Shown here: positions 12,840 to 26,628 of the stretch, piece by piece
Layout of the letters: every line of letters begins with the position of its first letter
How positions within the stretch are numbered: the stretch's first letter is position 1
Source of the DNA: Penicillus capitatus
Lineage: Eukaryota > Plantae > Chlorophyta
Length of the DNA: 64,000 bases
Direction of reading: 5' to 3'
NCBI GenBank assembly: GCA_965649825.1
Contig: OZ287711.1
Location: 231,201 to 295,200, forward strand
Program-made: the position numbers and the translations under genes
Notes under the pieces: generated by a model
What the model was told of the DNA's origin: nothing
Databases searched by the model: none
The model's input: only the letters and a program-made list of their open reading frames with translations

Positions 12840-13135
12840 CACATAAGTTATATATTCATTCATGCGGACGGGTGGTCGTGGAGATTCCCATATAAATGTG
12901 TGACCAACTGGTCTGCCGATTGCTTTAGACATTGATGATAAGAGTGCCACTGTTGTCGTATCGTGTCTTCTTGCCGTTTAATGAGCACCCCTTGTCCGAC
13001 ACCGCGATCGATCTCCACCTCTTCGACGGAGATTTCTTCGTCGCCGTTGCAACGGAACTGATTCTCAGGTGGCTTGATCCGATAGCAGGCTCTAAAAGAT
13101 CACGATCTCGGATCGGATCAAAATGATCATTTGAG

Positions 13136-14788
13136 ATTACGGGCAGAGTTGGCATCGATAGGGATGGCCCGTTTCGAGACAGTGAAGACGATGGTCATCG
13201 AGACGGTGAAACGTGTGATCGCATGAAGGGTCGACACAGTGCATAGCGTGATCGTAGAAGATTCCTAAGGATGGGAAGCTGTCAGGAAGCTAAGGATGAG
13301 TGAGAAGTGTGAGATATCGAACCGAGTTCTTGTCGACAGTGACTGCACCGTCTGGGCAGCGCGTGCCAGTAACGCAGCTTACGATAGATCTGTCCGATGG
13401 CGAAGACGCTCAACGAGCCAACGAGGGATTCTTCCTGCCGAAGACGTTCGGCTTCCCAGTCTACCTCCCACATCTCAGGCTCCACATGCATCCTAGATCA
13501 CGACAGCTTCCCCGCAGCTTCGCAACGGCGGTGAGCGAACCGAACGCCGATGACTTTCTCGGCCAACGTGGCGAGGGAGATGTCTGCTGGGTAGCCGCAT
13601 CGTGCAGCGAGGGCCTGGACGTCGACAAAGTTGGAGAACTCTTCCATCTTCCAACCGAAGCTCTCTTCCATCTTCTGCTGATCCATTTGATCATATCCAA
13701 ATCCCAAAGTGATCAACGCCGGTTCTCTACGACCGCCGCCAGTCGCATCGGTCCATCGTCGGCGGCATTACCTGAAAAGATACGCAAGGGATGAAGGAAG
13801 GCCTATTTCCCAAAACCTTGGACCCCGAACGAACAAACAAAATGTCGCGGATGCCACTTGCAAACTGCCGACCTTGCTGCACGATAATCATCATAGAGGT
13901 GACATAGACAGGGATGGAGACCTCGTGGGGTGATTCCATTGCATATCGATCGCGATAACGTTGTCCATCATCGATAGCGCCAGTTTGTCCAGACCGTCCT
14001 GTGTTCGTTTGCGCGAGCCCGCTTGATAGATCATCAGATCCTCCGGCAAGACGAATTTCCGAACGCGTCGGCGCTTCGACAGATGGATATCGATCTCGCG
14101 CATCGATTTACCCCTGGAGTTGAACACCTAAACGCAAAGAGATCCTTAAGTACAAAACGTCACATCATTTCGGTTGAGACGGTCTGCCAGTTGCGTGGAG
14201 GATAGGCGACAGGTATACTGCACCAGATTCCCTCCTCTGAAGCTCGGCACGAGGCTCGATCGCAGCGTGGCATATGTTCCATATCGTAGGAACGAAGATA
14301 GGCTTCGACTTGAACGTTGGCGTGCTCAATGTCCGCCATTTTCACTTTGTCGTGATCGAGCGGGAGCGTCAAATGCGCCTTGCGCACGAGACCCTTCAGC
14401 TGCTTCAGATGCGACGTAGGTCCGCCCATCCAACGCACGAACGCGCATTTCGCCGCAGTGGTGTGCCACAGCGAACGACTGACGCTTCTCGCCTTCCACA
14501 TTCTGCGTCACGTCACATCAGGTCCATGGAGATGATCATCTCCGGTGGCCTCGCTCGGAGCGAAACCCTAGGAAAATGACGCGGACGTTGCAGCTGCAGG
14601 TCGACGCGGCGAAGCACGTCATGTGGAAAGCGACAAAGCACCATCGCAAGACGCGACCGATCAAAGTCCCCCTCTCCTCACGTTGCGTCTGCCTGACGCT
14701 CGCTCTGTCTTCAGCACAATCCTTACCAGCGCCGTCGTCGGCCGAAAGCGCGTGAGCCAGAACCCCCGCCGCCGCCACAGGTCGTCAT
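13136..14788 (-). CDS. DEDDy (WRN-like) 3'-5' exonuclease-fold protein with C-terminal Cys/His zinc fingers, catalytic residues degenerate
   Basis: Spliced reading: VIAIDMQWN|SKVGSLQVAS...LPSSLAYLF|REPALITLGFGYDQMD...FVDVQALA...SLATLAEKVIG|...DWEAERL...CSHC...CVDPSCDHTFHRLDDHRLHCLETGH. The 5' exons are uncertain. Confidence 0.65.
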
Positions 14789-14891
14789 TTTACGCGCCGC
14801 GCCGCCAGTTGAGGAAGCTGATGCGAAGTCGGACGAGAATGCAACGCGTGAAACGGAGGAGGCTTCTTGAAAAAAGAGACGGTCCCTCTTT

Positions 14892-16927
<2,036 letters not shown>

Positions 16928-17149
16928 CGAACTCGACCACCACCATGACGGTTTGCTGAGTCAGACGTTCATTCCACCAGACGGCTTTCTTCGCGTCGAG
17001 CTGCCCTTTTTCCTTCATCTCCTTTTCATCGACGCCGTCCTTTTTGCCATCGCCTTTTCATCGTCCACAACGCATCCTTTACGCGAACGTCGTTTGGCGC
17101 GTGTTGTTGTCGTTGACGCTGTTGCTGCCGTCGTTGTTATTATTTTTTA

Positions 17150-17600
17150 ATGGGTAAACGGTTCGTCGCTTTAGAGGACGCTTCGCGTGACGAAGGTGAC
17201 GAGAAAGTCGCCACAATGTCACCGAAGATGGCGCTGCTCGTTAAGTACTGGGAGAAACTCGTCGAGAATCCATTGCTATCGGGGAAGAAGACGTCGTCGC
17301 CAGGAAACGAAAACGAAATGCGCGACGTCGAACGATCCTGTCGCAGTGTGCGTCGCCGGGTGCACGAGCTCTTTACGACCTCTGAGAAAAAACGCCAGGA
17401 CGTCTTGACGCGACAGTCGACAGCGGATCGCATTGAAGCTGCTCGCAAAGTTGAGGTAGGCCTCGGGGGTAACGAACGGGACGACGGGGAAGGGCATTTA
17501 GGAAATTGTGTGTCAGTTCGAGCGCAGCGCCTCGACCAAGGAGGGGCGCTGCATGGCATGTCGATGTGACGTCTGCTCGGATTGCGAGTGCGCTGGGTGA
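17150..17600 (+). CDS. Small hypothetical protein (charged helical region, possible Cys-rich tail)
   Basis: 139-codon ATG ORF with natural composition; a possible GT-AG intron near 17455-17500 leads to a C-rich end. No family recognised. Confidence 0.4.
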
Positions 17601-17824
17601 CGCCATCGGAGTCCATGGACAGGCATCACACATAGGACGCCTTTGCTGCACTGCCAGGACTGTTGCTGATCGACGACGAGCCGTTTCAAATAGAGCCTGA
17701 GAGGCACGAATAAGAGAGTTATATACTGAAGTCTGACTGATGTGACGTTTGTAGTCTTCCTTCGTTATCCGGAAGCCACATCTGCATTATTGTTCGCCTT
17801 TGTGTGTGTCGCACGCTTTGTACC

Positions 17825-18828
17825 ATGCAGACGCAACGCGTCGTTTTCACTGGTGCCGTTCTCGCCCGTCTCTACACAGCCTGCGCCGAAGCTACCGCGT
17901 CCTTTGACGGCGTTCTCTTCGGTAAGACACGCACGAACGCACCCACCTTCTGTCTGTCACATCACCGCCTGCGTCAGGCTGCCGCTCGACGCATGCCAAA
18001 GATGTCTACGACGATGCACAAGGCACGTTCTCACCCCTGTCACATCATCACTCTTTCTCAACGAAGCTATGCAGAAGCGGTGTGCCACGAGGAGACCGTT
18101 CTCGTGGTGACCAATGTCATCCTCTCCGCCTCTGCCTGCTCCTTCTACGACGGCTCCGGAAAAGTGAACTGTATGGGACGAGGACCGAGTCCCTGCGGTG
18201 AGAACTGTGTGCAGATTCGGAGTTGGCGTCCTTGGCTGAGCAATGCCGCGATCCGTTGATCGGCTGGTGCAGTTTTCATCCTCAACCGGTCGACGAGCCG
18301 TCACTCCTTCACAAAAGAGTGACCCACAGTCTCACACAACACTGTGCCGGACAACCGAGTCGCCAAACCCACTCGCCCAATCTCTTCTGTCTGCTGCGTC
18401 TCGGCAAGGAACACCGTGACGCGACGGTCACACTACAATACGAGGCATATCTCCTGTCCGATGCCCGCGATCGTCAGCAGACGGCGTTTGATGTGATGTC
18501 TGGTCGGGTGATGGTTTCGATTCCTATCGAGATTCTGGACTTTGGTGATGCGCGTGGCGAGGCGAAGTATCGAACGCTGCGTCCCTCGAGTTTCAATTTT
18601 CTCTCGACGAATCTGGAAGAATCGGAAGCGATGCGATGTATCACAGACGTCGAGGCGCTGGCGCTTGAACCGCAGAAGAAGATGATCAACGATCTCCAGA
18701 GGCAATGCCAGCGATTGCTGGAAGAGTACGAACGCAATGTGGTCCACGTGCGCAGCGGAGTGCAAGAACTGCACCGACGTAAGGAGGAACTCGCTCGTCT
18801 GAAGGCCTTAACGCAATTACCCCAATAG
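17825..18828 (+). CDS. Abraxas/Abro1 (FAM175)-like MPN- scaffold of the BRCA1-A/BRISC complex
   Basis: FDGVLFG...SFYDGSGKVN...LIGWCSF...P followed by a C-terminal coiled coil matches the Abraxas pattern; interrupted by short introns. Confidence 0.75.
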
Positions 18829-18863
18829 TATTCATGCAAAACTCTGAAGTTCTATGGGGATGC

Positions 18864-19824
18864 TTATGCTTGAACGGCGGCCTGCTGCGAATTGCAGATG
18901 TTGATGAAGGAAGGCCCCTTAAGCGATGCGCCGCCCACGAGAAATCCGTCGATGTCTGCCTGACCCGCAAGCTCCACGCAATTGCCGTCGTTTACTGACC
19001 CACCGTAGATAATGCGTAAAGTACTGGAGACGTCATCCCCTACGCGCTCAGCAATCCACTTGCGCAGATACGCATGAACCTGATCCACAGCCACGCCGAC
19101 GATCTCGGCAGCGATAGAGGGCAATGCCTACCTCTTGCGCCTGAGCTGGAGTGGCGACGACGCCAGTGCCGATGGCCCAGACGGGTTCGTAGGCAACGAC
19201 GATGCGGTTCCAGTCAATAACCTTCTCTGCGATGGCCGACATCTGAGCATCGAGGATGTCGAACATCTGGCCGTCTTCGCGTTGCTTCAGCGTCTCGCCG
19301 ATGCAGGCAATGACGCTGACTTTCTGCCCCTGTGCATAGGCGACCTTCTCACCGACCACTTCATTCGACTCTCCACACAGGGCACGGCGCTCCGAGTGAC
19401 CCAAGATGACCCAAGGAATGTCGGCGTCTGTGAGCATCTCCGCTGCGATCTCGCCCGTGAAGGCGCCGGATTTTCCTGTCCAGCAGTTCTGTGCGGCGAT
19501 TTGGAACCGCCGATCGAGCGACTCCGCCACTTGAGCGAGGAAAACGAAGGGCGGGGCGCAGACGACGTCAACATCGTCCGGCACCGTTCCTGCGTTGAGA
19601 TCGGATACGAGCTGCTTGACAGAGGCACGCGAGCCGTTGCATTTCCAGTTGCCGCCGACGAAGAACTTCGCCGCTGAGGACATGCGCACGACGCGACGCG
19701 TGGCGGTGGAGCATGGCGTCACGGCGCGTCGGAGTGGCGCCCCCTGACGTAAAGTACTGAACAGCGAAACGCTGCTGCGCTGCATCGTCTGCGTCATGCG
19801 ACTCGCTCTCAAAATGGCCTGCAT
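18864..19824 (-). CDS. TPI: Triosephosphate isomerase with plastid-type transit peptide (2 exons)
   Basis: [38 protein letters not shown]|[14 protein letters not shown] and [10 protein letters not shown]; the N-terminal extension is rich in Ser, Arg and Thr. Confidence 0.97.
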
Positions 19825-19906
19825 CTCAAAGACTCACTTCGATCCACGTGTCTGCGGCTCAGAGACGAACGAACGCACGCACACGTTGACGGACATCCAA
19901 TGCAGA

Positions 19907-20827
19907 TTACTGTTGACCGAACGTACCAACACCTGATGTCTGAATCCCACCTCGCCGTTTGCGTAGGTATCTCTCCAGTCGGCCCTCATCTTTGAGTCGA
20001 TGGTACTTGGCGATGAGGTGCTGCCTCTTGCGCTCGCTCTTCTTGAGATAATACGGTTTCTTGCCTTCCTTAATGGCCTGGATCTCCGCTGCCTGCATCA
20101 CACATCGCCTCGCACCGATTCGCTAGCGAAGGATGCGTTAACTCGCAGCGCCTCGGCAGTCTTCGTTCGTTGACGGCGATCGCGTTCCTCTTGTATCTCT
20201 TGCTGGATCTGACCCAACTGCTGCCGCATCTTAGGTCGCGCTTCTTTGGGAGCCTCCTGCGCACGGGCGTTCTCTTTGGCACCGTCAGGGATGTCGTTGC
20301 GATAACCTTGAGACGTTTCTTCAACTGTGACGCTTCCTCAGGCAGCTGCTCATCGTAGAGAAACGCAAAACGCGAACGGGACCGATGCGCATCCGATTTC
20401 AGACGCGGCGTAGCAAATCTCGGATCCCGATGTTTCCTGCATCATCATGTACAGACACTCAATGCCGTCGCCAAAAGAGTGAGAAGCCAACCGTTGCATG
20501 CCATCGACAGAGATGTCTCGAAAGAGTGAGACGGGTCTTTTGGAACTGACTTCTGTGGGATGATTCTTGCTCAGACGTTTCTGAACCGTCAGCGGCTGTC
20601 GTGTGGCACGTGGCACTCCAGCGCCCTCTTGTCGAAGTCGCTCCAGAACTTCGAACGGTACCTCAGACAACTGCCACGCCAATTGGATCGTCTTCCTCGA
20701 CGCGATGTGGTCGACGAACCTCTTCGGCATCCGGCTGCCGTGTCAGCAGTTGCGTTCCGTAGGCCTTGGTATGTCTCTCTGGCGACATGGCGTCATTGGA
20801 CGATGCTTCCTGAGATTCGCGTTCCAT
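19907..20827 (-). CDS. RRP36: rRNA biogenesis protein RRP36
   Basis: LSEVPFE, KNHPTEVSSKRPVS, RDPRF, FAFLYDEQLP.E and GKKPYYLKKSE.KR..L..KY..LK..GRLERYL. The start at 20827 (MERESQ) is inferred through a 52-nt intron. Confidence 0.82.
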
Positions 20828-20868
20828 AGACCACGGCGAACGAACACACTCTTTTGTGTCGTACAAGC

Positions 20869-22384
20869 ATGGAAGCCATTCGAGTCGGTATCCTGCGCCG
20901 TCCTGCCTTCAGCCGCCGACTGCAGAGGCCTCCGTCCAGATCGTCGCCGAGTGTTCAACGGAGACGTCTGTGTCTCGTTGCCGCATCGACGGCGCCATGG
21001 AAGAAGAAGAACGCGCGACTGGTATTGGAAGACGGCACCGTCTGGCCCGGCGTCGGTTTCGGCGCCAAAGGCACACACGTGGCCGAAGTGGTGTTCAATA
21101 CATCGATGACCGGATATCAAGAGATCATGACGGATCCGAGCTACAAAGGACAGTTCGTGTGCTTCACGCATCCGCACATCGGCAACGTCGGCGTCAATAC
21201 AGGTAGGTCACTCTTTTTAGTCGTGTGTCAGTCAGCATGCATGGGTCATGTGCTGGCAGATGACGTCGAATCAAGAGCCTGCCACCTGCGTGGGATCATT
21301 GTTCGCGATCTCTCGCGCATTGTTTCGAACTACCGTGCCGAGACGTCGCTGTCGCAGTACTGCGAGGAGAACGATGTGGTGGGCATATCGGAACTCGACA
21401 CGCGCGCCTTGACGAAACGCATTCGGGAGAAAGGCGCCCTCGTCGGTGAGCAGATCTTGCCATGCATCATCGCCCATGCCGGAAGTGGATTTGGCCTGTA
21501 GGTGTGATGACGTCGGACGCGACCGTCGACGATGGGACGTTGCGCGAGCAGGCGCAGTCGTGGAGGATCGAGGGACGCGATTTGCTCAAGGTGTGACGCA
21601 GGTTTGACACAGATCGCACCTTTCATCTGTGACGATAGGAGGTGACGACGGCAGAAGAGTATGAGTGGCGCGATGTGACAGCTGCCGAATGGGATCACGC
21701 GACCGATCGACCCTCGCACACGCCTCTACACGTCTGACACGATTTCTTGCATCGACGGGCGCGTTTTGAAGACGCGTGTTGCTTCAGGTCGTGGCTTACG
21801 ACTTTGGCATCAAGCACAACATCTTGCGTCGTTTGGCGTCGCATGGCTGTCGCGTCACCGTCGTCTCGGCGGAGACGCCGGCTGCTAAAGTACTAGGGAT
21901 GCAACCGGATGGCGTGTTCTTCAGCAACGGACCGGGAGATCCGTCCGCCGCGCCGTACGCTGTGGAGAATGCCAAAGAGATTCTCGGCAAGGTGCCCGTC
22001 TTCGGTATCTGCATGGGCCACCAGCTGCTCGGTCAAGCATTCGGCGGCCGGACGTTCAAACTCAAATTCGGGCATCACGGCGGCAACCATCCCATCCGAC
22101 ACACGTCGACAGGTCACGCATCAGATGATGGCCTCGACGGATCGGATGGTGCAGGGAGGATCGAGATCAGCGCACAGAACCACAACTTCGCCGTGGATCC
22201 GGCGACGCTGCCGGAGGGTGTGGAGGTGACGCACGTCAATCTGAATGACGGTACCTGTGCAGGAATGAAGTATCCAAGACTCCAGGCCATCACGATTCAG
22301 TACCACCCTGAGGCATCGCCAGGGCCACACGATTCCGATCAGGCTTTTGCTGAGTTTGTCGAAATGATGGCGGCGAACGCATAA
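20869..22384 (+). CDS. carA: Carbamoyl-phosphate synthase small subunit, plastid-targeted (6 exons)
   Basis: [83 protein letters not shown] and [12 protein letters not shown]. Confidence 0.97.
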
Positions 22385-22853
22385 CTGTAAAATGCCAGTA
22401 TCTCGTGGTTCCGTTCTACGAGTGTCTTTCATGTCTGTCAGCACTTGTGACCCAAGACCTGTCACATCACTCTGTTCGTCCGTGCGATGTTGTGCTGTTG
22501 GGCATAGACATTAACCACTCTTCCTGAGTCGAATACTGAATCCGCCAAAGTAAGACAGTCGGTGTGTCGGTTCGAAGCGAGTAATATGGATGGCGTTTTC
22601 TGGAAAGGCGAAGGGATTCCATCAGTGAACAGACACAACCGTTTCAGACGAAACGGTTGACACCTGTCCAAATTTCAGAATCGCCTACGCGGACCTTCTC
22701 GACAGCGTCATATTTTTCACTTACAAACTCTCGTCATGCATCGCGCAAAACGCTTTTCCGCGTTGTTCGACGTTTGTGTGTTTTTCCGTCTTTGCTTCTT
22801 GCGTTGATCACGCACGGTCGTCTCGTTGACACTTTCGCGTTTGCGTCAAACAC

Positions 22854-23063
22854 ATCCTCAAATGGACTTTTCAGACTTCGCCGCGCTTCTCGACGGCGCA
22901 AGATCTCTTCAACGATACGACGGTTTCTCTTCCATACTGGATATGTACAAAACCTTGAATCCTCAAATGGACTTTTCAGACATCGCCGCGCTTCTCGGCG
23001 GCGGGAGATCTCTTCAACGATACGACGGTGTCCCTTCCATGCTGGATTTCTACAAAACCTTCA
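22854..23063 (+). repeat. 105-bp (35-codon) tandem duplication spanning the deletion junction of paralogue A
   Basis: ATCCTCAAATGGACTTTTCAGAC...TACAAAACCTT occurs at 22854 and 22959, with ATGs at 22862 and 22967. Confidence 0.92.
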
Positions 23064-23584
23064 CTTCCGCAGGAAAAGGACTAAATCTTTCAACCGAGCT
23101 ATTGACTGGCAAATACGAGAAGGTGTCATATCCTAAAGAAACCAAGACCGAATGTGTCGAAGAAAGCCATGTGGAGAAATTGACCGAAACAAGGATGGTT
23201 CAGGTTTGCGAAACGGTCGTCGACGATAAGGCAGCTAAGTTTAACACATACATGGGCCACACTGTGTCGGGTATTGGTAAAGCTGCGATGTGGATGGGTA
23301 ATGATCCACTCGTGGCAGGAACTCTTATGGCGGCTGGCTTTGTGCAAAAAAAGCTCGGAAAACTAGTGAGACCGAAAGAGACGATCAGATACGTCTACAG
23401 GCCAGTAGAAGTCACGGTGAACCTCGTCGTCACACAGAAGATCCGCAGAACGTATGAGCGAGAAATCCACGGAGTGTGGAAGATACTTGCTGGAGGCCAA
23501 AAGGTTTTCGAGGGGTATGAATACGGTCCATGGAAGAAAGCCGGCGAAGAGCTGCTGGATCGCACAGTAACGAAATCTGTATAA
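22862..23584 (+). CDS. Hairpin-GTPase family paralogue A: in-frame deletion of the whole G domain, stalk and tip module retained (240 aa)
   Basis: The C-terminal VTQKIRRTYEREIHGVWKILAGGQKVFEGYEYGPWK matches paralogues B, C and D. The N-terminal 14 codons join directly to the post-G-domain LDGG motif. Confidence 0.75.
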   Translation: MDFSDFAALLDGARSLQRYDGFSSILDMYKTLNPQMDFSDIAALLGGGRSLQRYDGVPSMLDFYKTFTSAGKGLNLSTELLTGKYEKVSYPKETKTECVEESHVEKLTETRMVQVCETVVDDKAAKFNTYMGHTVSGIGKAAMWMGNDPLVAGTLMAAGFVQKKLGKLVRPKETIRYVYRPVEVTVNLVVTQKIRRTYEREIHGVWKILAGGQKVFEGYEYGPWKKAGEELLDRTVTKSV

Positions 23585-24847
23585 GATCCGTCGAAAGGAT
23601 AGCGGCCAGAAGGCTCGATAAAAATATGCGGATTCAACATCTTCATTAACGCCCGCCATCAGCGTCAACATCTTCGATGTTTGATTTCGAACAGATCGAT
23701 TATCGATAAGCAACAAAAGCCTTTGCATTTTTGTCGTCTGAATAACAACGGCATTGTTACCCTGCTGATCCATTATTACCTGCATTCTCGTCAGGATTTG
23801 ATACTTGCACTTTGTTTGATCCCACTCGTTGTGAAAGAGCGTGTCTGTGTATCTATACTCAAATTGAACCGAATCTTCATCGGATGTACAAAACCTTCTG
23901 GGTCCTCATCTATCACTTGCATTGTGTTTGACCCTGCTCCTTGTGAAACAGCGTATCGGTGCATACCTATCTTCATCTGTTGCTTTCCAATCATGACAGT
24001 ATCTGTAAAAGAAGGCACTTAGATTTCAGTTGCCGTCGTGACATCGCATGCTTCTGCGTCCAGACCGCAGCTGAGAAACGCAGCGAAGAGAATGGAACTG
24101 ATGACGCTTCTGATACGTAAAAGAAGGCGAATATAACTTCTCCTTACCGTCATCCTCATTTTGCCGTCGCCGTCAGTCGACATCACGGTGTCATAACTCT
24201 CGTGGTCTGAGAGACTGTCGTCGAGAAGACGCATGTCTTCATAGAAGCGCTTACCGTATCGGACACGACAACTTCCCGAGGTCCCAGATCTGATAAGACA
24301 CGTTAGACTCGTCGACCAACCTAAAGTAAGACGTCACAGGTCACCCAAGATCTGTTTGTCACAGCATTTATGCACTTTGTGCTATTTCAGTTGATGCGGA
24401 CGTGGATGGTATGCCCACTGCTGTCACTAACTGTCACACTGTGCATATGGTTTCTTCTAGACCATCATAAACTGTTTACTCTATGCGAAACAGAGCTGCT
24501 TTTGCACAGATGAACACTTCGAAAGGAACAGTCCCTGTTTCGTCTGTCGGAAAATGATAACATGTCTTTATGTCACGACGAGATCGTAAATCAACATTAA
24601 GACACGGCCGTTTTTACCAATCAGGATTCATGGGGGATCCTTGTTCCCTCCGGCGACCAACACATTTGCTACGGTTATGCTGACACATTTGAGACAATTG
24701 TAATTGTTTGAAAGTTCGATTCTTCTGGCCAACTGCCGATCCTACTTCATTTTGAAGAGCGATAAGAGAACGGACATGTGTGATAGACAACGGAGTATTG
24801 AATACCCAAAGCTTGCGGGGAAAGTGAGCATTCGATAAGGCAGTAAT

Positions 24848-26628
24848 TCAATCAATCAGCCTGTGTACATATCGGAGACAAGGAAACGCTTTCACCATAG
24901 CGGAGTAAGTATCATGATCAACAGTGCCTTGCTTGAGAGAGCCCTCTATTCTTCTGAGCTTGGGCAGAGATCCGTCAGGCACTCCAGTTTCATCGTCAAC
25001 CAGCAGCTTCAAGGGAAACGGAACCTTGAGCACCTTCAAATTTGAGAGGAGGCTCAACTGTTTACAGAAAACTTTGTGGTCGATCTTTGGCTCACTAGCA
25101 TCAAGGCACAGCGCCGTGAGGCCGGTCAGAGCCTCAAAAGCGTCCAGAAACGGGCGATCCAGACAGCTATTGGACAATCTTAGCGTCTTCAACTGCCCGA
25201 GTTCTGTGAAGAACTGGAATGGCGTCACATTATTAAATAAATGCATCTCATCGGAACTGCAGATGTTTAGCGACGTGAGATTTGTCAAGTCCATCAGCGA
25301 CTCGGCCAAATCTTGTGGAAAAGCCTTCCAAGAACCAATTTTGAGATCGACGATTCCCTTTGGAAAGCGCGGAAATTGCTCTGGTAGAGATAGATCTCCC
25401 AGTAGATAAGGCAAAGACAGATTTGTCAGCTGCGTGAGAACTGTTAAACGTTTCGTGATCTCTGGCCAGAAATCCGGAGACTGACTTACACTGGAGAGAG
25501 TCAGGGATCTGAGTCCTGTCAGCGAGGGCATGATTTCGGCAAAAGCTTGCTTATTGCTTTCGGACATGCCGTCAACTTCCAGATGCGTCAGGTGATGCAT
25601 CTGCTGAAGTGCTTGGAAGAAGTTCGCATCTTGTTGGCGGAGGCTTCCAATTGTCAAGCTGGACAGATTCAAGAACGATCGCCATGGGGACGGCCCTGTC
25701 AAAGACGCCTGTTCGAAGTCTGTACAAACTGCCAGCAATTGCAGACGCGCAGCGTAAGGCGCGATACTCTATCGAAACACACACCGATTGCCAAACAAAC
25801 GAACAAAGGAGTTGGCAAACCTGCAGATTGCGGGGCAACGGCTGTGGGTAGCCAAAGTTGCCGCCGATAAAGAGGCCAGTAAGTCCTGTCAACATGGGAA
25901 AGATAAGCTCGCCCTGACTGTTGATCAGCAAGTTTGCAGGTATGCCCAGCTGTCTGAGTCCTGTAACACAGTCGTCGGTATCCAGATCGTTTTGGAGGAC
26001 ACCATTATGTGCGAGACTCAGCGATGTCAAGTTCGCCAGATGACGCAGCCCACGAATAAGGCATTGCAACGTGTCTTCCTGATCGGTCTGCACCTGAAGA
26101 AAGCGCAGACGGTGCATTGACAACATACAGGCGACCAGATTTCGTTGATCAATAGGTTCGCCCAGATTTCGTTGATCAATAGGTTCGACCAGATATAGTG
26201 TACCAATTTGTATACTGTTGAGACATAAAGAAAGATGGTTTAGATTCTCCAGTCGCTGCAAATGTGGGACGATGTGTGTTTCTATGACGTCCGTATCGTG
26301 AATCGATTCAATTATGATCAGCGTCTTGGCTTCCGGGAACATCTCTGCTGCTCTCTGCAGCTTATCCAAAGACATACTTTTTAGCTTGACAGGCAACTTT
26401 CCACATGCGTCGCGCCATCGGCGACAGACGAGACGGCATTCGTGAAGACCATCATCCTCCACGAGGTTCGCCAGCACTTTGAGCAGGAAGTGTTCCTGCT
26501 CGAGAAAGGCGCTGAGCTGATCGCCTACGTAAGGTCCACTGTTCTCAGCATCCGTCAACCCATCGGAACTGCGAGGCAACACACAACTGTAAGCTTTTAG
26601 CTATTTTCGCAAAGTTGACGTACGTCAT
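24848..26628 (-). CDS. F-box-like/LRR protein 1
   Basis: Motif LEQEHFLLKVL...GLHECRLVCRRWRDAC.KLPVKL followed by LxxLxxLxL repeats. Introns at 26623-26587 (37 nt) and 25820-25769 (52 nt) give a continuous frame. Confidence 0.82.
26135..26188 (-). repeat. 27-bp in-frame tandem duplication (EPIDQRNLG/EPIDQRNLV) in LRR1
   Basis: CCAGATTTCGTTGATCAATAGGTTCG occurs twice, 27 nt apart. Confidence 0.9.

Noticed and set aside
22636-22659. 10-bp perfect hairpin CAACCGTTTC-AGAC-GAAACGGTTG upstream of GTPase A
   Set aside because: Base pairing is not conserved in the homologous position upstream of GTPase D (about 58195-58220); probably chance.
25740-25830. Frameshift in LRR1
   Set aside because: A 52-nt GT-AG intron at the position conserved in LRR2 and LRR3 restores the frame.
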